64,000 nt of DNA, from assembly GCA_013239625.1 (NCBI GenBank), contig MU053994.1, positions 4,197,434 through 4,261,433 on the forward strand, given 5' to 3'. The stretch is from Lama guanicoe (Eukaryota). The position numbers and the translations under genes are program-made. Shown in pieces: positions 35,995 through 47,969 of the stretch (positions are counted from its first letter, which is position 1; each line of letters starts with the position of its first letter). Below the pieces are notes generated by a model. That model was given only the letters and a program-made list of their open reading frames with translations. It searched no databases and was not told the DNA's origin.

Positions 35995-36895
35995 TGAAGG
36001 AGGAAATGGCTGCACTTAGGCTAACAGATTGCTTATTCTTATGCTTGCCCTTACAACGGTTAACAAACCTGTCCCATTGCTACCCACAGCTCCAGGCCCG
36101 TTGTTAAAACTAAAGCTATTGATCTTACTGTTTCTACTGTATTCCAGTAATCAAAAGCTATGATCATGCTTGTTCTCTGCATCCTTCTCCAAGGAGAAGG
36201 TCACAGGACTGTAACCTTACAAAATAGCCAGAATTACCAAGAAGACCACACCTTGAATGCTTACAAGGTAAAGAGATCTAACAGCTAGCTGCTATAGAAC
36301 TGGTCGCCTGGAGGCATCATGATGCCATTCTAAGTCTTTCTGATGAGAAAATGATTCTGTTGATTGTTATCAATGCTTTATTGTTTGAGCTATGGCTACA
36401 TAACCACACCACCTCATCCCCAAGTGCCTTCAAAACTGGGGATGTTTTTAAAAACAGGACAGAAATAGACTCATGGACAGAGAATACAGACTTGTGGTTA
36501 CCGGGGGGGGGGGGGGGGTGGAGGGGGGGAAGGGATAGACTGGGATTTCAAAATTGTAGAATAGATAAACAAGATTACACTGTATAGCACAGGGAAATAT
36601 ACACAAAATGTTATGATAAATCACAGAGAAAAAAATGTGACAATGAGTGTGTATATGTCCATGAATGACTGAAGAATTGTGCTGAACACTGGAATTTGAC
36701 ACAACACTGTAAAATGATTATGAATCAATAAAAAAATGTAAAAAAAAAAAACTGGGGATGTTTTGAAGGCACTAGCCTGATGTGGACCCCCTTTGCCCGG
36801 CAAAGCAATAAAATTCCCTCTTTTCTTTTAAGCTCCAAGACCTTGTCTCTGGGTTATTTGGCTTGTCAGGGACGGGGGCTGATCTTTCAGCAATA
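35995..36895 (+). mobile_element. ERV1-type solo LTR, interrupted by L1
   Basis: Starts tgaagg, has gcaaagcaataaa poly(A) signal, ends ttcagcaata; 4-bp TSD atag at 35991-35994 and 36896-36899. Confidence 0.8.
36449..36747 (+). mobile_element. Young L1 3' end nested in the LTR
   Basis: Perfect 17-bp TSD aaaactggggatgtttt at 36432-36448 and 36748-36764; G-tract, AATAAA and A tail. Confidence 0.95.
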
Positions 36896-37463
36896 ATAGG
36901 AATGTTAGAGTTCTTTCCTCAATCCAAATGTAAACCTTTTTGGGGAGCCATTCTTTGCCCCCAACTCCTCTCTCCTAACTTTTCCTTCACTTGCCCAGCT
37001 TCCTTTAACCATTGGTAGGTTTCTTTTTTAAGCAAACGTTAGCCTCAGGCCCTGAGCCAATCCCAAATGCCATAAATACCTGAAGTTCCAGCTTAATATC
37101 AAGAGGAATTTAGAATTAAGATTTAATGAGATATACTAAGAGTCAGGTATGCTAGGGGTGTGGGTTCTCCCCTAATCCCTACACAATAGCCTGGCCAGAA
37201 TAGCCCCAGTTTCCCCCTGAATCCACCTACCACTTAACTGGGTTAAGGTCTTGCTACATTTTTGTCAAATCCTTCTCTGAAGTTACTGGACCTCACTCCC
37301 TATATCCTCCACCAATACCTAAGGTCTGCCTTTGAATGGACAGTGTTCAGAAACATGATATCATTAATTTTCATCCAACTAACCCCCACCACCTGATTTC
37401 CAAACTGGACTTTCCCAAAGACTCTATCAATTTTAAGACTGGGCCTCCAAAGTCAAAATGCCT

Positions 37464-38017
37464 TGTCAGGGAGGAAGAAATTTTCCTCTACCCTTCTAGG
37501 TTCTTCTGGCTGGACTAAGAATTAAATTGACATGACACAGATTAACAGGAGAAAATCACACAAAAGTTTAATAACATGTATACATGGGAGAGACCCAGGA
37601 AAACTGAGTAACTCACCAAAATGGCCAAAACCCTCACCTTAAATACGACTTCTGCTGAAGACAAAAGACAATGTTGGGGGTGGTGGTTTGGGACTTCAAC
37701 GGGGAAAAAGACAATTCACATAGAGATGGAAAGGCAAAAGGTTGATAAATAAATGTTTGCTGGGCCACACAGAGATAACGGGACACAGAGTGGACTCTGA
37801 TCTTGAGGCCCTGTCTAGAGTTTCCACACCTAGATCATATTCCTTACAGAAATGATAGCTCTATTCCACGAACAAGCCCTTTATCTTTGTTTCTTTGGGC
37901 AGGTAAGGGGAAAGTCAAAGTTTCTTCCTGAGTTTCTTGGAGCCTTGACTGCTTTCAGCTTGAAATAATCCTCATGCCAAAGAGATATTTTGGGGTGCCA
38001 AGTTTTGCTGCCATCTA
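37464..38017 (-). mobile_element. ERV1 solo LTR (MER34-like), same family as 31643-32809
   Basis: tgtcagggaggaagaaatttt is close to the reverse complement of the end of the 31643 LTR; 4-bp TSD gcct at 37460-37463 and 38018-38021. Confidence 0.85.
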
Positions 38018-39103
38018 GCCTGAGCATGCCCCACCCTCAGGACAATCAACTGCACTGCCTAGCCATCCTTGCTAGGACAAGCCTCTGTAACTTGCCCAGA
38101 CTTACCAGTCCTAGTTTTGTCTTCTTTTTCGCTAACCAATGCTTCTAAAGTATCATAGCATCACTATCTCCCAGCAGCACTGGTTGGACCTCGGTTCCAC
38201 AGAGATGAATAACATTCTGTTAATCCTATGCCTTGCCCAGTATCTAGCAGGGGTTGGAGCACCCAGGAATTCCTCCTGACAAACACATGCCTGGGCCAAA
38301 AAGGGGGACCTTGTCTGCAGATCCTCGTCCCCACTGGAGCAAGTGATGGCAGAGAAAATGGAAATTAAATACCTCTGCCTTCATGAGTTTATAACTTGAT
38401 GGGGAAAAGAAGATCAACAGATAGGAAATAAGAATGAGTAATGCAGCCTGCCTGGTTCCTGTGTTTTCGGTGGAGATAAACGTTACTTCTTCCTACTCAG
38501 TTACTCGAGCAAGAAAATAGGACATTTCACTTATTTCACCGCTACTCACATAGCTGGTGATCAAGTGCCACCAATTCTTCATCTTTAATATCTCTTGTAT
38601 TTATCCTTCCTTTCCACCATCAATGCTACTGCCTCAAGTGAAGTCATAACTGCTCACTTGGCCTATTGTTATAACCTCCTAGTTGATCTCTCTGCCTTCA
38701 GAATTTTCCTATCTAATCTATTCTTCACTTGGCTATTTCAATAATATTTTTTATTTATACCATTTAAATGAAATATTTTCCACTATTTTTAAAAACTGAA
38801 GACAAGTGTTATTCTTTTTAATAATACAGAATGGCAGGAATGGAAAATGCGTCTCCTTGCCTCCTCAGATGCTCATTTCTTGCCATTGGTGATTCCAGAA
38901 TAAAGGGGGGCTTTCCTTACCTCCCACTTCTTTCTCCATCCATTCCCATCTGGCTTTTGGTCCTGTCATTCAACTAACAAGGCTCTCACTAAGGACAACA
39001 CTCTCATCCACACTTCTGCATGCAAAGACTTCAGACTTGCCATCTCAGCCTCATGTGGCACAATTGGCTACATGTTCTTTCAAGAAACTCTCTCATTGGG
39101 CCC

Positions 39104-39578
39104 TGAGTTAGTTGCCTATTGCCATACTAACAAATTACCAACCAACTTAGTGACTTAAAACCATACGCATTTGTTTTCTTACACTTCTGGACATCAGAGG
39201 TCCAAAATCATTTTCATTGGCCTGAAATCAAAGGGTCAACTCTAGGGGAGAATCTGTATCCTTGCCTTATGTTAGCTTCTGGAAGCTGCCTGGATTCTCT
39301 GGTTCATGGCCCCTTTCTCCATCTTCAAAACAAACCATGAATCATCTTGCCTCAGTAGTCACAATGCCGCCTTCTTCTGTAGTCAAATCGCCTCCTGCCT
39401 CTGTTTATAAGGACACGTGTGCTTACATTTAGCACCCATTGGGCTATCCAGGCCAATCTCTCCATTTCAAGATCTTTAACTTACATCTGCAGAGTCCCTT
39501 TTTCATATAAGGTAGCATTCATAGGTTCCAGGGACTGGGACATGAGAGTCTCTGGGGGCCATTATTTAGTGTGCCACA
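39104..39578 (-). mobile_element. MaLR LTR (MLT1C/D-like)
   Basis: taacaaattacca...cttagtgacttaaaa...tctaggggagaatctg...ttataaggacac...ttaacttacatctgcagagtccc...gggggccattatt. Confidence 0.85.
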
Positions 39579-39728
39579 GGCTGCATGACATGACACTCCT
39601 GGTTTTCTCACATTTCTGTCACCACTTGTTCTCTGTCTCCTTTGCAGGCTTGTCTTGCTCCACAGAAAAATTAAAGATTGGATTTTTCTGGAAGATTTAT
39701 TTCTAAGTCTTCTCATCTTCATAGGCTG

Positions 39729-40161
39729 TGTGACAGTTCATTTTATGTGTCAACTTAACTGGGCTAGGGGATGCCCAGAGAGCTGTTAAGACATTATTTC
39801 GAGGTGTGTCTGTGAGAGTATTTCTGGAAGAGATTAACACTTGATTCTGCAGACTGAGGAAAGAGATCTGCTCTCAGCAATGTGGGTGGGCATCACCCCA
39901 ATTGTTGGAGGCCCAAATGGAACATAAAGGCAAAGGAAGAGTTAATTCTCTTTCTCTTTCTCTCTCTTCTTGAACTGGGACATCCATCTTTTCCTGCCCA
40001 TAGACATCAGAGCTCCTGGTCTCTAGGTTGCAGACAGCAGACTGTAGGACTTCTCAACCTCCATAACCACATGAGCCAATTTCTATAATAAATCTCTCCT
40101 CGTACATCTATATTTCTCTAGATATCCTATTGGCTCTGTTTCTCTAGAGGACCTCAATACA
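39729..40161 (+). mobile_element. ERVL solo LTR (MLT2-like)
   Basis: tgtgacagttcattttatgtgtcaactt...cctattggctctgtttctctagagg...aataca; 5-bp TSD ggctg/ggttg. Confidence 0.88.
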
Positions 40162-40505
40162 GGTTGTGTCTATTTTGTATTTATAAACCATTCTTTTGAG
40201 AAAGCATTTTTTAAATCAGTTAATCTAATTTAATTTTAGTACATTTAAATTAAATTAATATGTTCTTCAAATAAATAAACATTGTGAAACAAAACACACG
40301 TACAGAAAAGTACAGAACCCATAAATATCTAGCTTAATAAATTATTATAATGTTAAGATGTTCAACTACCACTCAGGTTGAGAAACAGAATCTTCTCAGC
40401 AGCCTGGAAGCTCTCTGTGGGCAGCTTTTCAATTACATCCCCAGCCCCTGTTAACTTTATTCCCAGGTGTTTTGACTTGGATCATGTGAGATCTTTTATT
40501 CCTTT

Positions 40506-41655
40506 TGAGAAAGAGGAAAGCAGCCCCTTGTCGGAGCCAGCCGACAATCGATCAGGTCCAGAAACCTGTGCTGCAGGACTGAGAAAAGAAAGACAAGACT
40601 AGAAGGTGGGGTTGAGAGGGTCTCACTCTAGCCCGCAAGATGCTAAGTCAAGAGTGGACCTCGAGTTTATTTTCAGCAGTTCATTTATATGATTTTAACC
40701 CATTAGCTTATACATTCCTGCACGTAGGCAACGGTATTGTTTTAGGGTACATTAACAACGTGTACTAAAATCATTAACTTGTATATTGTTACAGACATCA
40801 TTATTGTTTACAGTTCTCAATAAACTAAGATTAACTGTTCCCGAAACCAAGATCATAAACTAAGGTATTGTTCCTCTAAGCTAACATCGTGACTCGTGTA
40901 CTATTAACTCAGGTGATTGTTCTTCAGGCTAAGATCACTAACTTGTGTGCCGATTGTATCTCTCCTTCCAAAGGTCCTTAGTAACTTAATAGCTCAGGAT
41001 GTTCCTCAGGCTCTAATGCACCTGGTGCATTCTTCAAAGGGGTGGCGGGACAGAGATTGTCTTTGTTAGAATCAACCTCAGAGCCTGACGCCCTGCACTG
41101 TGGGAGTTTAGGCCCAACCTCTGTGCTCGGCAGTCCTCAGGTTTGAGTGGCCCCCCGCAGCCCCTGACATGAGAGAACTGGCCTGGGCCTTTCTTGTTGA
41201 ACACCAACAGAAACAGCTTTATAGAATACGAACATTGAACAAGGCCACTCTATAACCCTGATGGATCAAGACAAAAGGTAGACCACTCCGTAGTTATGTC
41301 CGAACACAGACAAAAACATGAATGATCCCTCTCCCAGCTAACATGAGTGACTGCTCTTTCTTTACCAAATAGAGCTTTGGCCTCACCCTAATCGTCCCTC
41401 TTTCTAAATAAGATGCATTAAGATACTCAATCACAGAATTACCCCCATTTCCCGACAGCATGCAATCCAGAGCAAAGTCCCACTTGAACTCTTCCTTAAA
41501 GCACCAGACACAAGCCCAAATCCTATAATAAACAAAGGGTGTAATTTCTAACACCCTTTGACTGAGAGGCTCCCTTGTGGCACACCCTCTCCCTCATGAC
41601 AACAAGCAGTAAACCCCACTTGTTCGATTCTCAGTGTCTTCCTGGCGGTCTGCCA
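40506..41655 (+). mobile_element. Old ERV1 LTR (MER31-like), interrupted near its 5' end
   Basis: tgagaaagaggaaagcagcccct | gacat...aaggccactct...gatggatcaagacaaaa...caagcccaaatcctataataa. Confidence 0.75.
40529..41159 (-). mobile_element. Class II (ERVK/betaretrovirus-like) solo LTR
   Basis: TG...CA ends (minus start TGCGGGGGG), perfect 6-bp TSD gcccct at 40523-40528 and 41160-41165; minus-strand TATAAA (~40684-40689) then AATAAA (~40666-40671). Confidence 0.85.
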
Positions 41656-41659
41656 TTTT

Positions 41660-42000
41660 GGATTTTCCAAGTGATTTTTATTTGGATAAAGGTAGCTAAC
41701 ATTTTTTGTATATTAATTATATTAATTTTGTGAATCGTCTCCTTAGTGATTTTTCAAATTGCTGAAGGTTTCAGAAATTAGTGAATTTGAAATTGTGAAA
41801 GAAAAAATTTCCTTCTCTTTGCCAACAATTTTTTCTCTGATTTCTTTTTCTTATCTATTTGCATTGACTAGTACTTGCAAAACATAGTAATTCCTGGTGA
41901 TAATGGGTATCTTTGCCTTGTTCTTGCTTTAATGGGAATTTGTTGAGTTTCTCACTATTAAACATGATGCTGGCCTTTGGTTTGAGATGTATGCCGTGTG
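41660..42000 (-). mobile_element. Old L1 ORF2 fragment
   Basis: ggtgataatgggtatctttgccttgttcttg...tttctcactattaaacatgatgctggc; minus peptide KPKASIMFNSEKLNKFPLK. Confidence 0.75.
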
Positions 42001-42009
42001 AAGAACTAT

Positions 42010-42238
42010 CCTGGCTCAAATTCTGGCTCTGCCACTTACATGCCATGTAATGTATACTTGTTTGGGAAAGCTACTTAAACTTTTAGCCCTGATTTCTTCA
42101 TCTGAATATTATGGCAATAATACTACTACCTCGAAGGGCTTTGTCGAAATTAAATTCATTAAAATATGTTAAAATATGAAAAAAATGCTTAGAACAGTGC
42201 TTGGCTTATAAAAATTTCTATATAAATGCTTTATTATA
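42010..42238 (+). mobile_element. MIR SINE
   Basis: ctggctctgccactta...ggaaagctacttaaac...tttcttcatctg...tgcttagaacagtgcttggc. Confidence 0.8.
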
Positions 42239-44099
42239 TAATATCAATATAATAGAGCAGAATATAATACAATATGATAGTTGTACAACACAGAATACAA
42301 TATAGTAAAAACAATGCTATTTCACGTAAGTGCTATTCATTATTATATTGTATATATTATACATAAGTGCTATTATTACTTTATTATGAGCTAATTAAGC
42401 ATTTTATCATCGTTAGAGGCTGGATTTTATCAAATGCCTTGTGGCATCTATAGTGAGGTTTACATGGCACGTCTCTTTTCATGGATTCATTTTTCTTAAA
42501 CACCCATCTGATCGTGTTACGCCCCTGTTTGAACTCATCCTACCTGCATAAGATGATGTGCAATGCCTTAGCAAGACAGGAACTTCCATGATCTAGCCCT
42601 ACTTTTAGAGACTACAGTCCTGTACTTAGGTTTTAAAATTTTCTCCTAATCTAACATAATGTTCACCAGACTCTGAATTTTTGACTTCTTTCCGCTTTCT
42701 CGTGTCTCTAGTGTTGGTGCAAAAGCATAGCATTGTAGGTGTTGGAGTTTATTGCTTGGAAACCTTTTAATTTATTGGCGCAATTTCTTGCCAACCTTGT
42801 GTTCCTTCTTTGGGGTCCCAGATGCCATGTGGTTAAGCGCTCATTAGTACGACTTCTATACTGCATATGTAAAAATTCCACACGTATCAGAAAGGCTCCC
42901 ATCTCAATACTTAGGTCTTTGTTCTAGGAGTTTCCTGTTTACTAAGCATACATTATAGACAACTAAACAATATTTGGAGATCCCCTTAGGGCTGCCTGAA
43001 AATTCAGAGATATATTGAAATCATGTCAACAATACCTTGCCCTTTCATGATGTATTATGCGAAGCTTTATAATCTCTCCCAGGGAAACAAAATTAATTTT
43101 TCGATGTTCTTCCCTTGTGAGAGAGGAGAGCATAATAAATACTCCTTCTCTGTACCTTTGGAGATAATTGGCTGGAAAACGACTGAGTGAAAATTGTTTT
43201 CTCAGTCAAGGTCACTCTGCTGCACATTAGCACCACTGAGGCATGCTTCTGAATACCAGGAACGTGCCCTTCAGACAAAGATTAATTAGATGCAAAAGTT
43301 AAAAGAGAGAAATCGATGAATTCTCCAGCATGGCTTTCAGATTATAAGAAGTGCAGCCCATGTTAATGGCTGAGCTAGTTTTCAAAGCTAGCCTTTCGAA
43401 CTCATCTTATTATGTATCGAGTTTAAAAGGCTCATATTCCCATTAATAATGAGATTTGAAAATGAAAGAGAGCCATACAATGATCTAGCCATGCATGCAA
43501 AGGAAATAATTATTTACCATAAAAGAATTAATTCACAAATGACACCTGAGGAGCCAAACCGAGGGAAAAACCCCTGCCTTGCTTTTTGTCTTTCATCGGA
43601 TTACAACCTTCCATGGCACTGGAGAGGGCTGCGCTGGGGTTGCAAAGAGGATTATAATGGGATCCTACTACTTGATGACAAGTTGTTTAAGAGCAGCAAC
43701 CAGTACAGATACACAAATAATCTTTGATGCAGGGTAGATGTTAGGGCCCAGAAGAGACATTTCAAAAGAGGGAAAGATCACATTCCTTGTTTTGCTTCTG
43801 ATGCTTTGCCTTGCTTTATCATTTAATCAAAACTTTTGTAAATTACAAGCGCACAGAGATATTGCCTAACAACAAATCAAATAATACAGAGGCATAAAAA
43901 AGAAGGCATAATCTGTTCTTCCATCCCTTCCACCGCCGCCCCTGTTCCAGGTAACTAATGTGAAATGTTCAATGTGTCATTTCTGTATTTTTCTAGATTC
44001 TCATATTAAAATAGCCAAACTTTAAAAATTCTTTTACCAAAGAATGGGATAATCGTATGTATCACTCGGCTTCCTTATTTTTTTTTTTTAGCTTAAGTT

Positions 44100-45039
44100 T
44101 TAAAGAACTAGAGATGCCATTGCAACTCGACAGAGGAAATGGGAGTCTTTTCAATGAGCAAGAACTGAGTGGGTCTAGAGCAACTGAATATCTGTAGGGA
44201 AAAATAATGATCCTTAACCTCTACCTCCTACATATATAAAAATTAATTTGATAGGGATCATAGACCTAAATATTAAAGCTTAAAATATAAAGCTTCCAGG
44301 AAAATGCTTAGGAAAATATAGTGAATAGATGAATATATGACCCTGGAGTCGGCGAAGTTTCTTCACAGGACAAAAAAAAGGGCAACAATCATACATGAAA
44401 AATGTTGATAAATTGAACACACACACAAACTTCTGTTCCGATTTCCAAAGTAAGTGTACTAATTTATACTTTTATCAGTAGTGTAAGAAGTTTCCAGTTG
44501 TTCCACATCTTGGTCAACACATGGTATTATAAGATTTTTAAACTTTTATTGTTGTTGTTGAAATTCTAGCCGTTCTGGTTGGTGTGTATCTCATTGTGCT
44601 TCTAATTGGACTCCCTTGATAACTAATGAAGGTGAGCACCTTATCATTGGCTATTTGGATATTTTCTTTTGTGAAATGTCTGTTAGTCTTTTGTTTATTT
44701 TAAAAAAAAAGAAATGGGGTATCTGTTTCTTATTGATTAGGGAGTTTTGTTTGTTTAAACAACAGAAGTTTATTTGCTAACAGTTCTGGAGGCTGGAAGT
44801 CCTAGGTCAACATGTCAGCAGGGTTAGTCTCTTCTGAGGCTTCTCTCCTCGGCTTGCAAATGACCCTCTTCTCTCTGTGTCGTCATATGGTCTCCCTCTG
44901 TGTGCGTCTGTGTCCTGATTGCCTCTTCTTATAAGGACACAGTCAGACTGGGTGAGAGCCCATCCTGGTGACTTCAGTTTAACTTTATCAGTTCTTTAAA
45001 GTCCCTATCTCTGGAGACATTTAAAAACTATATATTCTA

Positions 45040-45076
<37 letters not shown>

Positions 45077-46715
45077 TTCAAATATCTTCTCCCAAATCTG
45101 GGCTTTGCTTCTTCATTATCTTAATACAGTATTTTCATAAAAAGAAGTTCCTAATTTTAGTGGATCATGATGGTTCATTTTCTTTATGGTTAGTGCATTT
45201 TGTGGGGTCCAGCTAAGCCATCCCCAAGTCTGTGGGACAGGCACTTGGGAGGGCAGGATCATGAGCAGGTGGGCCCTCTATGGGCATGGGCTGCAGCTAG
45301 TTCACAGGCAGGCACGTAGAAGGGGCAGATCACCAACAGACTGGACCTGCACAGCAGGAGTTAAGTTTATTGTCCCCAGGCAGCAGTTAGGAAGGAAGAT
45401 CCAAGAGGAATGGGAGAGCAATTGCAGACCTAGCTGCTGTTTGGCATCTCTGAGCTCAGGAAAGACCTCTCTTAATGAAAGATCTTCCAACTGATTGAAT
45501 CAGGTCTGCACAGATGGTGGCCCTTTTGATTAACTTAAGGTCAACTGATTATGACCTTGAATCACACTTTTACAGTGGCACCGAGGTTAGGCCTGTGGAC
45601 GCTACAATATGGCTATTGCCTCCCCTCGATTCCCTCACTCTTGCCAGAGAATCTCCCTTAAAACTGTAGTTCAGCCTCGTCCAGTTAACACATCAAATAG
45701 CACAGATATTCTTCCATCTTTTAGAACAGCAGTGTTCAATATAGGAGCCACATGTGGCTGGTTAAATTGAAATTAATTGAAATTAAATAAAATGAAGACT
45801 CCAGTTTCTCAGTCACGGTAGCCGAGTTTCAAGTGTCCAGTAACCACATGTGGATACTGTGTTAGCACAGAGAGAAAACATTTCTGTCATCTCAGAAAGT
45901 TGTATTGGACAGTGCTATTTCAGGAACTTGATGGTTTTGCCTTTGACATTTAGACTTCTCCCATTTGGAGTTGATTTTTTAATGGAGGATGAGGTAAGGG
46001 GTCAAGATTTCTTTTTTTTTTTTTCCATATGAAAATCTCATTAATTGACCCAGCATTATACATTGAAAAGTCCACCCATTCTTGCTACATTTCAGTAGCT
46101 GGCATCTTGGTTGTAAATTGGGTGATCTGGGTGGTCTTTTTTTTTTTTGGCTTTTTATTATGTTCTATTTATCTGTTAGTTTATTCTTATGCCAATACCA
46201 CCCTTTCTCACTTCCTATCTCTTTACAAGTGTTGATATTCATAATGAAGAGTCTCCAAATGCTTTTCTTCTTCAAGATTGCATTGGTGATTTTTGACCTT
46301 TCGCATTTCTATATGTGCTTTAGAGTCAACTTGTCAATTTGCACAAATAATTTTCTTGGATTTTTATTGGGATTGCGTTAAATCTATAAATTAATCTGGG
46401 GGAAAGAGGCACTTTATTCTGATTTTTAATGCTTTTAAGTACTGTCCAGTTCTGTTCGTAGACACATTCCCATTAGCAATATGTGAAGTGTCTACTTCCC
46501 TGTGTTCTCATCACCACTAAATATTATCAATCTTTAGAAGTATGTATTATCTGATAAATGAAAATATCTTGTTTTAATTTAAATATTCCTAATTTCTCAT
46601 AAGGCTCAACATCTTTTCATATTTTTCACCTTTTGAATTTCGCCTTCTGTGAATTGAATTTTTACTTAAATTTATTTGTGCTAATTCAAATGTAGGTCTC
46701 TTCACATATTATGGA
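44100..46715. mobile_element. Cluster of old L1 ORF2/3' fragments (+ at about 44100-44430, - afterwards) with nested MLT1, MLT2, MER3 and (TA)n
   Basis: agtcttttcaat...gatcatagacctaaat (L1 +); gttccacatcttggtcaacac (L1 -); cagttctggaggctggaagtcc (MLT1, about 44755-45015); (TA)n 45043-45075; ttgattaacttaaggtcaactgatt (MLT2-like, about 45200-45705). Confidence 0.75.
45727..45917. mobile_element. MER3-like hAT-Charlie element
   Basis: cagcagtgttcaata...agccacatgtggct...cagtttctcagtcac...gaaagttgtattggacagtgcta; degenerate 8-bp TSD ttttagaa/tttcagga. Confidence 0.8.
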
Positions 46716-47620
46716 TGTAGTGGATACTAAGCTATGCCACCCAGATGCCCTTTCAGGAAAGAATCACTCATTCCACCATCTGCCTGGACTGTTGGCTACT
46801 GACAGGTCACAGCTGTGCCCTCTCTAAGACTTATCCTTGGCCAGAGGATGCTGCATCATCCAAGGCTGTATTTCATAATTGATGCTGGTGTACAAGGGCA
46901 TGGTTTCTTTGTCTTCAGATGGTGCATGTCTGAGAGGCCGGTGCAACTGTACCATAGTTCAACCTCTCCCTCTACCTCCCATTCTCACTTCCCTTGCTCC
47001 CCCATAGGTATTTTGGTTCAAGAATATTTCCCAATAAAACTCCTACAGGCAAATCTATTTCCCTGGAAACATGACCTATTGCAGTTTGTATAGGAAGTGG
47101 TCCTAGATGGCAGATTCTAAAATGGTATAGATGGATCATCTGTAGGCTGGCTGGCAAAGCAGACTCCAACACTGGTAGTAGGTGGAGTACAGAAAGCCCC
47201 TGGTGGGCTGTGGTTGTGTGATTGTTAGGATTCACACCACTGGTAAATTCATGTGAGATTTGGTATGCAGGTGGCTTCAATACTTCAGGCATTTGAGATG
47301 TTTGGGGAGGTAATAATTTTAAGAATTTGGAATTGAATACCAGGTATTGGGGGCCATTGCTTTGGATAAAGGGAATGTAATACGGAAATAGATCAATCAG
47401 TAATTAAAAGCTCAAATGTGTAAGTCAGATGGCCTCCTTGGCATCATAGAAAGGAGCTGTCCTTCTAAGTAAGCCATGGGAGAGAAAAAAATGGAGAATC
47501 AGGCCCAGTACTTAATTATCAGGGTAGCAAAGCTCCACAGGAAGCTGAATTTTCAGAAGGGCAATATTGGAATGGCACAGGTCAGAGATCCATGGGAATT
47601 CTTAGGAGTTGAGGTTGAAA
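46716..47620 (+). mobile_element. ERVL LTR16-like LTR (46716-47083) followed by start of ERVL internal region
   Basis: tgtagtgga...ccacccagatgccctttcagga...cccaataaaactcct...gacctattgca, then gtttgtataggaagtggtcctag...cagattctaaaatgg. Confidence 0.72.
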
Positions 47621-47680
47621 CCATCACATATTTAAACATGTATTCATGACTATAACTTTTAGCTCTCCCATTTAATCTTT

Positions 47681-47746
47681 TTTAATAATTGTTTTTATTT
47701 ATCCATTTTTGTTTTGTTTTGTTTGGGGGAGAGGAGTAATTAGGTT

Positions 47747-47793
<47 letters not shown>

Positions 47794-47804
47794 CTCTCTC
47801 TCTT

Positions 47805-47835
<31 letters not shown>

Positions 47836-47969
47836 CTCTCTCTCTTTCTCTCTTTCTCTCTTTCTTTCTCTCTTTCTCTCTTTCCTTCTAATGGAGGTAC
47901 TGAGGATTGAACCCAGGACCTCATGCATGCTAAGCATGCACTCTACCACTGAGCTCTACCTTCCCCCCT
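47681..47969 (-). mobile_element. vic-1-like SINE, long form, with expanded (TTTC)n/(TC)n microsatellite in the linker
   Basis: A/B boxes at about 47893-47968; TSD catttaatcttt at 47669-47680 and 47970-47981. Confidence 0.93.

Noticed and set aside
31643..38017. Full provirus bounded by two LTRs
   Set aside because: LTRs are inverted with different TSDs, and there is no gag/pol/env ORF between them.
47682..47949. Lys/Glu/Arg-rich and Phe/Leu/Ser-rich ORFs (also 23979-24233)
   Set aside because: Translations of microsatellite or low-complexity tracts.
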